In this document: positions 36,795 to 46,827 of the stretch, in pieces
Numbering within the stretch: position 1 is the first letter of the stretch
How the letters are laid out: every line of letters starts with the position of its first letter
Assembly (NCBI GenBank): GCA_963677925.2
Contig: CAXXYH010000003.1
Coordinates: forward strand, 2,080,001-2,144,000
Direction of reading: 5' to 3'
Length of the DNA stretch: 64,000 bases
Source of the DNA: Spirochaetia bacterium
GTDB lineage: Bacteria > Spirochaetota > Spirochaetia > UBA9216
Notes under the pieces: generated by a model
The model's database searches: none
Told to the model about the DNA's origin: nothing
The model's input: only the letters and a program-made list of their open reading frames with translations
Position numbers and translations under genes: made by a program

Positions 36795-38102
36795 CTATTC
36801 AATTACATCATATACAAGCGACAGAGTCTCCGGCTTTGAGTCTTCAATATTTATCGCCCTCAAAAAACGGGCTTCCGCTTCTTTCAGGTTCTTTTCATCA
36901 TTCACATGAAAAACAGCGAGAACATCTCCGGTTTTAACTTCATCACCGATTCTCTTCCTCATCCACAGACCTACTGCAGGATCAATGACATCTTCTTTGG
37001 TCTGCCGGCCGGCACCGAGAAGCATTGCGGATAATCCGATTTCGGCATTCTCCATACTTGTAATCCATCCGCTGGATGCAGATTTAACTTCAATGGTTTT
37101 TGAAGCCTGAGGCAGACGCTTTATGTCTTTAGTAACCGAAGCATCACCGCCCTGGGCCTCTATCATTGAAGCAAGGCATTCGAGGGCCTTACCTGAAGCA
37201 AGCACAGTTTCAAGCATTCCCTCTGCTTGTTCAATATTTTCAGCAAGGTTTGAAACTACCAGCATCCTGGATGCCAGAGCCATTGAAACCTTCCGCAAAT
37301 CGCCGTTCTTATGCTGGCCGGAGAGAATCTCTATCGCCTCCTGAACCTCCAGGGCATTTCCCACTGCATCACCCAGGGGCTGGTTCATATCAGTAACAAG
37401 GGCTACAGTTTTCCTTCCGGCCATATTGCCTATATCTACCATAGCCCGGCCCAGAGCCTTAGAATCTTCAAGCTTAACCATAAAGGCGCCGCTGCCTGTC
37501 TTTACATCAAGGACTATTGCATCACTGCCGGAGGCAAGCTTCTTACTCATTATACTTGCCGCAATAAGAGACATATTATCAACAGTTGCAGTCACATCCC
37601 TTAACGCATAGAGCTTCTTATCAGCCGGAACAAGATTGGCTGTCTGCCCTATTACCGAAACGCCTATGCTGTTTACTATATCCTGAAAGTTTTCCATAGA
37701 CTGTTCTATGGAAAGCCCGGGTATCGATTCAAGCTTATCTAGCGTACCGCCGGTATGGCCCAGGCCCCGGCCGGACATCTTGGCAACCTTACCGCCGCAG
37801 GCGGCAACAAGAGGAGCTGCAACCAGTGTTGTTGTATCTGCCACGCCGCCGGTTGAATGCTTATCAACCTTGATTCCACTGATACCTGAAAGATCGATGG
37901 TATCACCGGAAGCCACCATAGAAAGAGTGAGATCTGTAGTTTCGCGTGCATTCATCCCACGGTACCATATAGCCATCAAAAGCGCCGATATCTGATAATC
38001 AGGAATACTGCCGCCGACATATCCTTCAATAAAAAAATCTATTTCTTCCTTTGAAAGCTCACCGCCGTTTCTTTTTTTCAGAATTATATCGGTTATATGC
38101 AT
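36795..38102 (-). CDS. pdp: Pyrimidine-nucleoside phosphorylase
   Basis: PDYQISA, DKHSTGGV, KMSGRGLGHTGGTLDKLE, LYALRDVT, SIMSKK. Confidence 0.95.
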   Translation of the reverse strand: MHITDIILKKRNGGELSKEEIDFFIEGYVGGSIPDYQISALLMAIWYRGMNARETTDLTLSMVASGDTIDLSGISGIKVDKHSTGGVADTTTLVAAPLVAACGGKVAKMSGRGLGHTGGTLDKLESIPGLSIEQSMENFQDIVNSIGVSVIGQTANLVPADKKLYALRDVTATVDNMSLIAASIMSKKLASGSDAIVLDVKTGSGAFMVKLEDSKALGRAMVDIGNMAGRKTVALVTDMNQPLGDAVGNALEVQEAIEILSGQHKNGDLRKVSMALASRMLVVSNLAENIEQAEGMLETVLASGKALECLASMIEAQGGDASVTKDIKRLPQASKTIEVKSASSGWITSMENAEIGLSAMLLGAGRQTKEDVIDPAVGLWMRKRIGDEVKTGDVLAVFHVNDEKNLKEAEARFLRAINIEDSKPETLSLVYDVIE

Positions 38103-38217
38103 TGAAAACCCCCTTATATCAGTATCGTATATAAAGTGTAAATATCAATGCTTTTTTGAAAGAGACTGCAATTACCGATACTATTGTTTTAGTTTTGATA
38201 CCTTAATATAATACCCC

Positions 38218-39114
38218 ATGGCCAATAAAACAGATACTAAAATAACCGAAATTGCAGATAACCTTTATCACATTTATGATTCACTCGATGTATTTTATTC
38301 ACTCATATTGGGAACAGAATACGCACTTCTTATAGATTCCGGCTACGGATTCGGCAATGTATATGAAACAGTCAGAACCCTCACCGATCTTCCGCTCCGC
38401 GTAATAAACACACATGGACACATTGATCACATTCAGGGAAATGTCCACTTCAAAGAAGTGCTTATTCATAAAGATGATTTTAAAATATACGGAAAGCATT
38501 CATCTCTTATCATGAAGGCCGGACTTTATATGAATGTAAAAAACATTCTGCCTCCGGAACAGAAAGGATTTTTGAAGTATCTGAAGCCAATCACTAAAAA
38601 ACTGAAAGCTGTATCCGACGGAGAGATAATTGAGCTTGGGAATCGTGAGGTTGAGATCATACACACCCCCGGTCACACAAAAGGATCAATCTGTATTCTG
38701 GATAAGAAAACTAGAACACTTATCTCAGGAGACTCCTTTTCCAGCCATATATGGCTCTGTCTTGATGAATCTACAAGCATTTCAGAGTATGTAGACACAG
38801 TTGAAAAAGTCATAAACAGAAGTTCCGACTTTGATGAAATGATCTCTTCACACTCGCTTGCCAGGTTTAAACCGACCATCCTTCCAAAAATTAAGCATTG
38901 TGCTGAAAATGTTTCAATTGAAAAAAGCCGCAGCTATATGGCTGCACTTGCAGGAGAATCATTGATATACAAGGAAGGTTTTGAGGAAGTGACAAAAAGA
39001 TACGGATTTAAAAACTTCAACGAGTTCATCATGCACGTAGCTGAGGTTCCGATCGAAGAGATTGCCGAAATCGAATTCACATCGATAGTTTATAAACCTG
39101 AAAAACTGAAATAA
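38218..39114 (+). CDS. MBL-fold metallo-hydrolase
   Basis: LIDSG, NTHGHIDHI.G, TPGHTKGS, ISGD. Confidence 0.88.
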   Translation: MANKTDTKITEIADNLYHIYDSLDVFYSLILGTEYALLIDSGYGFGNVYETVRTLTDLPLRVINTHGHIDHIQGNVHFKEVLIHKDDFKIYGKHSSLIMKAGLYMNVKNILPPEQKGFLKYLKPITKKLKAVSDGEIIELGNREVEIIHTPGHTKGSICILDKKTRTLISGDSFSSHIWLCLDESTSISEYVDTVEKVINRSSDFDEMISSHSLARFKPTILPKIKHCAENVSIEKSRSYMAALAGESLIYKEGFEEVTKRYGFKNFNEFIMHVAEVPIEEIAEIEFTSIVYKPEKLK

Positions 39115-39172
39115 TCATTTCACTCCTCCCACTTTCATGAGTAACTTAGTAATATACAGGGAGTGTATTGAA

Positions 39173-39619
39173 ATGGATAGAATTATTGTCAAAAAATCAA
39201 TTCTGAACTGCTCTGCCGAGCAGGCGTTTAAACTCTTCACCGACAATCAAGCACTCGAAACGTGGCTGACTGAAAAAGCCGATGTCGAACCCAAAGTCCA
39301 TGGCAAATATGAATTATACTGGAATCCGGATAAGCCTGAAGAAAACAGCACGATAGGATGCAGAATACTTGATATTGAATCACCTTACCACCTTAACTTT
39401 GAATGGAAGGGGCCTCCTCAATTTGCTGCTGTAATGAATAAATTACGCCCTTTAACAAATGTTACTGTTTTCTTCTTTCCAAAGGATAATGGAACACAGA
39501 TAAATCTGATTCATACTGGATGGGGTGATTCAAAAGAGTGGGAAGAAGCAAGGCAGTTTTTCATTCATGCATGGGACAGGGCTTTTTCCCGGCTCGAAGA
39601 ATATATGCAGCAGCTTTAA
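39173..39619 (+). CDS. SRPBCC/AHSA1-like domain protein
   Basis: AFKLFTD...LETW, GKYEL, L.FEW, T.V.F...GTQI.L.HTGW; GGGAG RBS. Confidence 0.85.
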   Translation: MDRIIVKKSILNCSAEQAFKLFTDNQALETWLTEKADVEPKVHGKYELYWNPDKPEENSTIGCRILDIESPYHLNFEWKGPPQFAAVMNKLRPLTNVTVFFFPKDNGTQINLIHTGWGDSKEWEEARQFFIHAWDRAFSRLEEYMQQL

Positions 39620-39672
39620 GACTCCTTCTATATGTAAAAAAGTCCTTGCCCGCAGTAATTTTCTAAAATAAA

Positions 39673-41874
39673 ATGTTCCACATGTTAATTATACCCAAGT
39701 TTTTAAGTCCCGGCCCCTACCTTACTACGGCCAATCTGTTTCTCGGAATGATTCTTATGGCAGTTCTCAACTGCCTGCTCACCGGCATCAAAAGCCGTGA
39801 TCGCAATTATCTTGATCTATCACTGTTCTTCACAGGAGCTTTTATAAATGCAGTAAGCAATCTGTATTCACACTTTTTCATACCGACGGTTGAACCATAC
39901 ATAGGGTCCTGGCTGTCTCTTTTTGCCTTCACCCTTTTTTCATATAATTATCTGAATATTAAAAACAGGCAGGCTCTTAAGACAGGAAGAAATATTGTAG
40001 CCAGTTTATGCATCTTTTTTATAATACTTTCAATCATCCATCCATTTGCAGCCGGATCTATAAATAAACTGATTATTTCTATAATGGATATCTCCGCAAG
40101 CGGTGTCATTTTAATTCTGCTTGTGCCTTTAATAATTCTCAGGACCGGGGGTAATAAAAAGGCAGGAACACTTATCTTTTTTGAAGCATTGATGATTCTC
40201 GGTGCAATATCCGCAATGGGTATTTTCAAGGATGCAGTTGCTGAGGCAGGCATCCCGACACCGCTGCTGGATGGAAACTTTTTATTCCTCACAGGCATGG
40301 TTTTCAACGGACTGCTGTTTCCATTTATTCTCGGTTCCGAGATGACCGAATTGAAAGTGAACCATGCACTCGCAGAGAGGGAAAAGCTTAAACTTCAACA
40401 GATGGATATAGCAAAAAACGACTTTATGATGAATATTTCACATGAACTGCGAACTCCGGTAACTATAATCAACGGTATAATTCATCAGCTAAGAACCGGC
40501 CGATGGGGCAATTCAATAGAGGCTGCCGACAATCAATTTGAAATAATCGAGCGTAATAACCTGCGTCTAATAAAACAGATAAACGGCCTGCTTGAACTTT
40601 CGCAACTGGAGCAGCATAAGTTTACTCTTAAACCGGCAGAAATGAATCTTGAGGCGAAACTGGCTATTTTTACTGCAGAACTGCAGTCAGCAGCAGAACA
40701 AAAAGAGATTACTATTGCATCAGAAACTGATGAAGGTCTAAAACTATGCGCTGATCCGCATCTTTTTGACACTGCTATATTAAACCTGATCAGTAATGCG
40801 ATAAAGTTCACACAGCCCGGAGGAATGATCCGTCTTAGGGCTTCCAGGCATCATAATCAGATCAATATTGATGTTTCAGATAATGGGCCGGGAATCCCGT
40901 ATGAACAGCAGGACAGGATATTCAACCGCTTTCAGCAAGTCGAAACTGCTGAAAGCTCCTTGTGGAGAGGCGCCGGAATAGGCTTATCTCTTGTAAAAGG
41001 GATAATGGAACTTCATGAAGGAAAAATAAAACTTACCAGCAGCCCGGGACAAGGCAGCACTTTTTCACTGATATTTCCATATACTGAGGCTGAAAACATT
41101 CAAAAAGAAAAAATCCGTCATGATTCAATGCTGTCTGCATACAGGGCGGATCTGCAAACCGCTATCGCTGAAGACAATCCTCAAATAACCGAACCGGCGG
41201 CTCTAAACCGTGACAGACATTCTTTACTTCTCGTTGAAGACAATAAGGATCTGCTGAATTACCTTAAGAATGAATTATCTGATACTTTTACAATCACAAC
41301 AGCCTCTAACGGACAGCTCGCTCTGGAAATTTTAAAATCGTTTAAACCTTCAATAATTATAAGCGATGTTATGATGCCGGAGATGGATGGCCGGCAGCTT
41401 TACCGGGAGATTCGCAAGAATATTGAATACAAAAAAATTCCTTTTCTATTTTTAACAGCACGTAATTCTGCTGATGAGAAAATTGAAGCTCTTAATGACG
41501 GAGCTGTGGACTACATCGGCAAGCCTTTTTCAATCGAAGAACTCAAAGCCAAGGCTTCTGCAATAATTGAATCTGTAAAACTTAGCACTGAAAATTATAA
41601 AAAGAATTTGAAGAATTCAGTGATTGAGTTTATCGACAACTACAGCAGTGAACATAGCCGTCAGCCAGGAAATGAATTCAAAAAAGTATGCAGTGAAAAA
41701 GAACTGACCACGCGTGAATGTGAAATTGCAGCTTTGCTTAGAAAGGGGCTGAGCGATAAGGAGATCGCAGCGGAATTAAATTTGTCAGTAAAAACAATAA
41801 GCAATTACAACACCTCTGTCTTCCGGAAACTTGAGGTAACCGGAAGATCAGAGCTGATTGCATTAAACAGATAA
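39673..41874 (+). CDS. Hybrid membrane histidine kinase-receiver-LuxR HTH
   Basis: About 7 TM; ISHELRTP, NLISNAIKF, DNGPGI, GAGIGL; VEDN/SDVMMP receiver; LTTRECEI...GLSDKEIA..LNLSVKTI LuxR HTH. Confidence 0.92.
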   Translation: MFHMLIIPKFLSPGPYLTTANLFLGMILMAVLNCLLTGIKSRDRNYLDLSLFFTGAFINAVSNLYSHFFIPTVEPYIGSWLSLFAFTLFSYNYLNIKNRQALKTGRNIVASLCIFFIILSIIHPFAAGSINKLIISIMDISASGVILILLVPLIILRTGGNKKAGTLIFFEALMILGAISAMGIFKDAVAEAGIPTPLLDGNFLFLTGMVFNGLLFPFILGSEMTELKVNHALAEREKLKLQQMDIAKNDFMMNISHELRTPVTIINGIIHQLRTGRWGNSIEAADNQFEIIERNNLRLIKQINGLLELSQLEQHKFTLKPAEMNLEAKLAIFTAELQSAAEQKEITIASETDEGLKLCADPHLFDTAILNLISNAIKFTQPGGMIRLRASRHHNQINIDVSDNGPGIPYEQQDRIFNRFQQVETAESSLWRGAGIGLSLVKGIMELHEGKIKLTSSPGQGSTFSLIFPYTEAENIQKEKIRHDSMLSAYRADLQTAIAEDNPQITEPAALNRDRHSLLLVEDNKDLLNYLKNELSDTFTITTASNGQLALEILKSFKPSIIISDVMMPEMDGRQLYREIRKNIEYKKIPFLFLTARNSADEKIEALNDGAVDYIGKPFSIEELKAKASAIIESVKLSTENYKKNLKNSVIEFIDNYSSEHSRQPGNEFKKVCSEKELTTRECEIAALLRKGLSDKEIAAELNLSVKTISNYNTSVFRKLEVTGRSELIALNR

Positions 41875-41887
41875 GCTACCTGCAGAA

Positions 41888-43450
41888 TTAAAATAAATCC
41901 ATTGTCTCCTGAATATTTCTGCTGTGCGGCGACAGCCAGTCTGTCATTAGAAAATGCCAGGTAAGACCAGCTGTTAAGGCCCAGTCTCCGGACGGCCCTA
42001 CCGGATAGAAGATTCCATACAGTTCTACAGGGGTTTCTGCATCCCATCTTAAGCCGGCCATTATTCCGGCATTAATTACCAGCCCATCCAGAACTGCCAA
42101 TCCCTGCGGCTGAAATGAGTAATCATATTCATCAAAATTATTATCTTCAGAACTCATAGTATCCATCCACATACCGGCTGTCGCCTGGCCGCCGATATAT
42201 GCAGAAAGGTCATCACCAAAACGCAGGAAGTATTTAGCCATAACTTCAAAACCGAAAGTCATGGCACCTGTCGACATTTCAGCAGTTCTTGTTACTTCCT
42301 GCAGAACGCTTCCGCCGTAAGGATCTTCCGGATCCTCTACCCACTCATTTTCAGTGTATGAAACATCAACCGTCGGTCCCGGAACATAGCCGAAATAGAA
42401 ATTAAGCAGCTCAAGGGACATGTTTCCGAACCCAAGCGTGAAAAACGGAATAGTCAGTCTGTGTTCCATTGCTGGTGAAGCTGTTGCAACCACAATTCCC
42501 GGCTCATCATCATATGAAGATTCATCATAATAAACAGGCATATCACCCAGATACCTGAACTGATATCCGACAGCCATCATGGCTGAGTAGAAATCATAAC
42601 TGGGGTCATTGCTCCAGAACAGATTTGAGCGGCCTTCAGCGTGTGATGCGGCTGTAAGTTCATCACGGGCACCCGAGTCAGCAGCTTCAGGGAAGGCTTG
42701 TGATTTTAATGTCAGATTAATCATTGTATCAATGGCATTCTGTTCTGCATCGTCCCCGATTATAAAAAACTCTGCCGCCATATCAACAAAGTTCTGATAT
42801 GATCCCTGCGGAGCTTCAGGATGTGAAGCATAGTAGGCGCTGTACCATATTCGGGCTCCGGTTCTTGCATCAATAAGTTCCAGAGCCGGATACATTCCCA
42901 GACCGAATACAATTTTACCGACATTTGCCGAGTATGTATTTACCGAATATCCGTAGGAAGCACGATAGTTTGATATAGGTACAAAATATTCTACTGGATA
43001 ATAGCGGACAACAAGGACTGCATCATGGCCTTCCGAAACAGCCTGTCGGCGCAGGTCTTTAAGATTACCCCCTGAAAAGCTGCTGAGATATGAATTATCC
43101 CACCCGAGATCAGCAAGGACAACGGACAGGGATTCCGCAAGCTTATCATCAAGCTCCGGGTTGAAGCCTGAACCGGATAGAGGATATGCCGGAGTAGTAA
43201 GCTTTGGAGTAACTGATTCAAACTCACAAAGTGTATTTCTAAAATATACTACATCCTGCATAGCATACGCCGTAATAAAATCTGCCGAGGGGTTGTCAGT
43301 TCTTTCATCCTGATAACTCTCAACATAAATTCCTATGCTGTTGATTCCGAATGAAGGAAAATCATCAAGCAGTACTGATTCCGCCGATACCGATACACCG
43401 GCCCAAAACAGCACCACCGTCATTGTTAATAATAGTTTTAGTTTTTTCAC
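41888..43450 (-). CDS. Exported hypothetical protein, possible C-terminal outer-membrane beta-barrel
   Basis: Signal peptide; C-terminal half has amphipathic strands (VGYQFRY, FGFEVMAKYF, AYIGG, AGLRW, LTAGLTWHF). Confidence 0.7.
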   Translation of the reverse strand: MKKLKLLLTMTVVLFWAGVSVSAESVLLDDFPSFGINSIGIYVESYQDERTDNPSADFITAYAMQDVVYFRNTLCEFESVTPKLTTPAYPLSGSGFNPELDDKLAESLSVVLADLGWDNSYLSSFSGGNLKDLRRQAVSEGHDAVLVVRYYPVEYFVPISNYRASYGYSVNTYSANVGKIVFGLGMYPALELIDARTGARIWYSAYYASHPEAPQGSYQNFVDMAAEFFIIGDDAEQNAIDTMINLTLKSQAFPEAADSGARDELTAASHAEGRSNLFWSNDPSYDFYSAMMAVGYQFRYLGDMPVYYDESSYDDEPGIVVATASPAMEHRLTIPFFTLGFGNMSLELLNFYFGYVPGPTVDVSYTENEWVEDPEDPYGGSVLQEVTRTAEMSTGAMTFGFEVMAKYFLRFGDDLSAYIGGQATAGMWMDTMSSEDNNFDEYDYSFQPQGLAVLDGLVINAGIMAGLRWDAETPVELYGIFYPVGPSGDWALTAGLTWHFLMTDWLSPHSRNIQETMDLF

Positions 43451-43471
43451 GTTTTTCTCCTGATTTTAAAA

Positions 43472-44947
43472 TTAAAAGAATACATAATCGTATGTATGCA
43501 TTTCATCAATTACAGACCCTATCTCCGCAGCACTAAGTTCAAGATCCGGAAACAATATAGCTGACAAGGATATCATTAAGCTTCGGTCTGCTGACATTCT
43601 CTCAATTTCCTGCCATTTCTCAAGTCCAGACAAGTCATCATCATCAAGCAGATTATTTAGAGTCATACCAATAAATGAAACCCCGCCATTTTTTACTGAG
43701 AGTATGTATAAAAGTTTATTTAAATTTTCAATTTCAGCTTTTGATTTATACCCGGAGTCAGAAAGAACCTTCAGCTCCTGAATATAACTGTTAAGCTCTT
43801 CAAGCTCTGACCCTTCCTTTTCAGCAGCCTCTTTTTCAAGGTCCTGAATAAGCAGATCAATATTTCTCATTTTTTCCGGAATGGTCTCAAGAATACAAAG
43901 CCCTGCCGCAGCCTTTAGAATGTTCAGCCTTGCAGCTTGAAAAGTATCAGCTCCGGACTCCCGTGAAAGTTCTTCAATAATTGCAATCACCTGATCCCAC
44001 TGCTCATTTTTCAGAAACCACCCGGCCTGGTCGTATTTATCACGTTCATTAATATCAATTCTGCGCTTTTCAATTTCATCCATATCAAGATACATCAAGG
44101 GTACATCTGATCTTAAATAATCATAGAAACTGAATAGTGAATCTGTATTTTTATTTTTTGCAAGAATTATACTTCCGATACTGACCACTTCTTTTTTATT
44201 TCCGTAAGTTTCCGCATATTCTGCAAACAGCGACAAGGCCGCAGCATCATTCTGCAGCGCAACACAGACAGCAAAACTTTTTATATCAGTTTCAGGTCTT
44301 ATTTTGAAAGGATAATCAAAACCTTCCGGAGATAACTTTGTATCTAAATAGGACAGAGAACTGTTAGAGTAGTGAGAGAATCCAAGTTTACGAAGATTTC
44401 CGATGCTTACTATATCAGGAACTTCAGCAGCATAGCCGATAGGAGCTATTTCATATGCGACCTCGATACGATCTTCCTGAGTTTTTAATTTAGAAGAAAT
44501 CAGTTTTTTAGCTTCATCACTGTTCCCATTGATGAATAGCTCCACAGCCCGGTCCTTGGCGTATTCGACAGTCTGATGTTCATACTGCTTGTTCCGCTGA
44601 ATGCTGGTCACCAGTCCATCAATCCAGCTGTAAAAGATGGATCCTGCCATTACCGATGCTCCAACTAATCCAATGGGAGACATCTCACCCGAATCTTCCG
44701 ACATCGTCCCTATTCCAAGCGCAGTTCCGCCGACCATAGCTCCGGCCAAAACTCCGGCTTCAATGAATTCGCCCTGAACCAGCTGCCCGACAACAGGTAT
44801 ATATCCTAAGATGATCGTGGGAAGAACTCCCAAAGGCTTTTTTTCTTGGGCAGCATCTTCATAGGTAACAGGGTTTGTTACACAGGAGCTGAATATGGAA
44901 ATCAATAAAAATAAAGTAATAAAAATTGAGTTTATATTCTTTTTCAT
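43472..44947 (-). CDS. Lipoprotein of unknown function with N-terminal Gly-rich hydrophobic hairpin and helical C-terminus
   Basis: IFSSC lipobox; IPVVGQLVQGE..AGVL segment; AGGA RBS. Confidence 0.7.
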   Translation of the reverse strand: MKKNINSIFITLFLLISIFSSCVTNPVTYEDAAQEKKPLGVLPTIILGYIPVVGQLVQGEFIEAGVLAGAMVGGTALGIGTMSEDSGEMSPIGLVGASVMAGSIFYSWIDGLVTSIQRNKQYEHQTVEYAKDRAVELFINGNSDEAKKLISSKLKTQEDRIEVAYEIAPIGYAAEVPDIVSIGNLRKLGFSHYSNSSLSYLDTKLSPEGFDYPFKIRPETDIKSFAVCVALQNDAAALSLFAEYAETYGNKKEVVSIGSIILAKNKNTDSLFSFYDYLRSDVPLMYLDMDEIEKRRIDINERDKYDQAGWFLKNEQWDQVIAIIEELSRESGADTFQAARLNILKAAAGLCILETIPEKMRNIDLLIQDLEKEAAEKEGSELEELNSYIQELKVLSDSGYKSKAEIENLNKLLYILSVKNGGVSFIGMTLNNLLDDDDLSGLEKWQEIERMSADRSLMISLSAILFPDLELSAAEIGSVIDEMHTYDYVFF

Positions 44948-44971
44948 TTTAATTCCTTCTCAGGTCATGAG

Positions 44972-46375
44972 CTATTTCAATAATGAGTAGACCACCGGCA
45001 TATAACCATTTACGCCTTCACCTTCTTCCGAATATAGAAGCAATGCCTCATCTGCTGATTTATTGAATTTGATACAAAGTCCCGTCGTCTGAGCTTCACT
45101 GCTTACATCAATTGAAGACTCACTACTCCAGAGAGACCCGTTGTACAATGAATGGTATATCCCTCTCATTCCTGTATCTGAATTTTCATAGTCCCATACA
45201 GCCGCGGCGTTTCCGGAGGAATCAGAAGCTACTTCTGGAGAATCGGTAAAACTGTCGGCAGATCCGATTTCTTCTTTTCCGGTCCAGTTTGTACCATTAA
45301 AAATGTTTACGCATATCTTTGGTTCTGATGAACCGTTATAATATTTCCAGACTGCAACAGCTTTTCCTTCCGGAAGAATATCAACAACAGCACCCTCTAT
45401 ATCAGAACCGTCACTGCATATAAATGCTGAACCGACCCATGAACTACCGTCAAAAGTATTAGCACCAATATTCCACCGGCTTCCGTCATACTGCTCCCAA
45501 ACGGCCACAGCATTTCCGGAAGAGTCAGCAGCAAGTGAAATTTCATAATCAATATTATCTCCGTCTTCAATATTCTCAGGTGCCTCCCAGGCAGAACCAG
45601 TGTAAACCGAAGCGTATGCATCACGGTAATCAGAGGAGCTGTAAGTATCCTGAAGCCATACCGCAACAGCAGTATGTTCACCATTATAGGCAATGCCGGG
45701 ATCCCAGGCAGAATCCAGACTATCCATGTTAAGTATTACAGGAGTATCCCAGCTGCCGCTTTCATATACTGCAGCATAAACATCATCATTCTGCTTCCAG
45801 ACTGCAATAGCCTCATCAGCTGACGGGCTGTATGCTACATCCGGGGAATACGCCTGAGGAAATGACAGGCCTGTAACAGAAAGCCGTTCTGCTGCACTCC
45901 AGCCTGTTCCGTCAAAGATACGGCACCAGACCGTGTCATATGATTCACTTTCAAGCTCTCCGCTCCAGACAACTACAGCCTTACCACTGGAACTGATATC
46001 AATATCAAATCCGCCCAGATAATCTCCGTAAGCACCGCCCCACAAACATTCAGACGTTCCCCATGCCGTCCCGTCAAATGTGTTAACCCAAAGCCCGCCA
46101 TCAACTTCCCAGGCTGCCGCTGCAGTACCATTTGCAGAGTATGCAACCTCAGGGTTTACACTGTCATCACCGGCAACTGACGGATCTACAATCGATTCTA
46201 CAGAAGTCCAGGATTTATCCAGTATTGAACTTACACTATCTGTTCCTTCACCGGAGGTATCTTCCGAGGTAGAGTCTCCTGTATTGTCTTGCGAGGGATT
46301 GGTAGGATCTGAGCAATTAAACAAGCCGGCGATCATTAAAAGAACGCCTACAATAATTAATTTTCTAATATTCAT
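44972..46375 (-). CDS. Acidic lipoprotein with ~8 internal ~50-aa repeats (probable beta-propeller)
   Basis: GLFNC lipobox, S/T/D linker, repeats P.VA.DSSG.A.AVW...F.G..W...E.I. Confidence 0.8.
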   Translation of the reverse strand: MNIRKLIIVGVLLMIAGLFNCSDPTNPSQDNTGDSTSEDTSGEGTDSVSSILDKSWTSVESIVDPSVAGDDSVNPEVAYSANGTAAAAWEVDGGLWVNTFDGTAWGTSECLWGGAYGDYLGGFDIDISSSGKAVVVWSGELESESYDTVWCRIFDGTGWSAAERLSVTGLSFPQAYSPDVAYSPSADEAIAVWKQNDDVYAAVYESGSWDTPVILNMDSLDSAWDPGIAYNGEHTAVAVWLQDTYSSSDYRDAYASVYTGSAWEAPENIEDGDNIDYEISLAADSSGNAVAVWEQYDGSRWNIGANTFDGSSWVGSAFICSDGSDIEGAVVDILPEGKAVAVWKYYNGSSEPKICVNIFNGTNWTGKEEIGSADSFTDSPEVASDSSGNAAAVWDYENSDTGMRGIYHSLYNGSLWSSESSIDVSSEAQTTGLCIKFNKSADEALLLYSEEGEGVNGYMPVVYSLLK

Positions 46376-46415
46376 TTTTTCTCCAGGGATTTTTGGAAAT
46401 TATAAAATGATACTG

Positions 46416-46464
46416 ATTATAGATAAATCAGGAATAATCCCCTGTTTTTAAGGGTATTTCCCCT
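46416..46464 (-). promoter_or_regulatory. Putative activated promoter with two NarL/RcsB-like boxes
   Basis: Minus-strand TATAAT at 46416-21; AGGAATAATCCCCT (46430-43) and AGGGTATTTCCCCT (46451-64), 21 bp apart. Confidence 0.5.
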
Positions 46465-46596
46465 ATTGAGATACATCCCATTTAACTTTTTCTATATGCA
46501 ATTGCATTTTTCCTGAACTAATTTTAAACTGTCCATCTGGTTCTTTAAAAAGGGCCACTGAATTAACATAAGGCTCGATTTTTCAGGAGAAACTCT

Positions 46597-46827
46597 TTGA
46601 GCACAGCTTCATATTTTAAGATACTCAGCAGTAACAGACTGATTTGCCTTAACTATACAAATGAAGCTAATCCGGAGGATCTCAAGAACGGCATAAAAAA
46701 ATGTCGGTAGACCCTGAATGTTCAGTCACCGGAAGCAACCAACTCTTTCAACTACATAAAATATGATCTGAAAAATATAGGCGACAGAAAATCCGCTTTT
46801 ATATCTAACAGTTCAAATGAGGTAAGG
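46597..46827 (+). pseudogene. Degraded third paralog of the 7920/12082 STAS-like family
   Basis: TTG after TCAGGAGAAAC; LSTASYFKILSSNRLICLNY...DLKNGIKK / frameshift in A7 / MSVDPECS / ...FNYIKYDLKNIGDRKSAFISNSSNE matches both paralogs. Confidence 0.8.
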
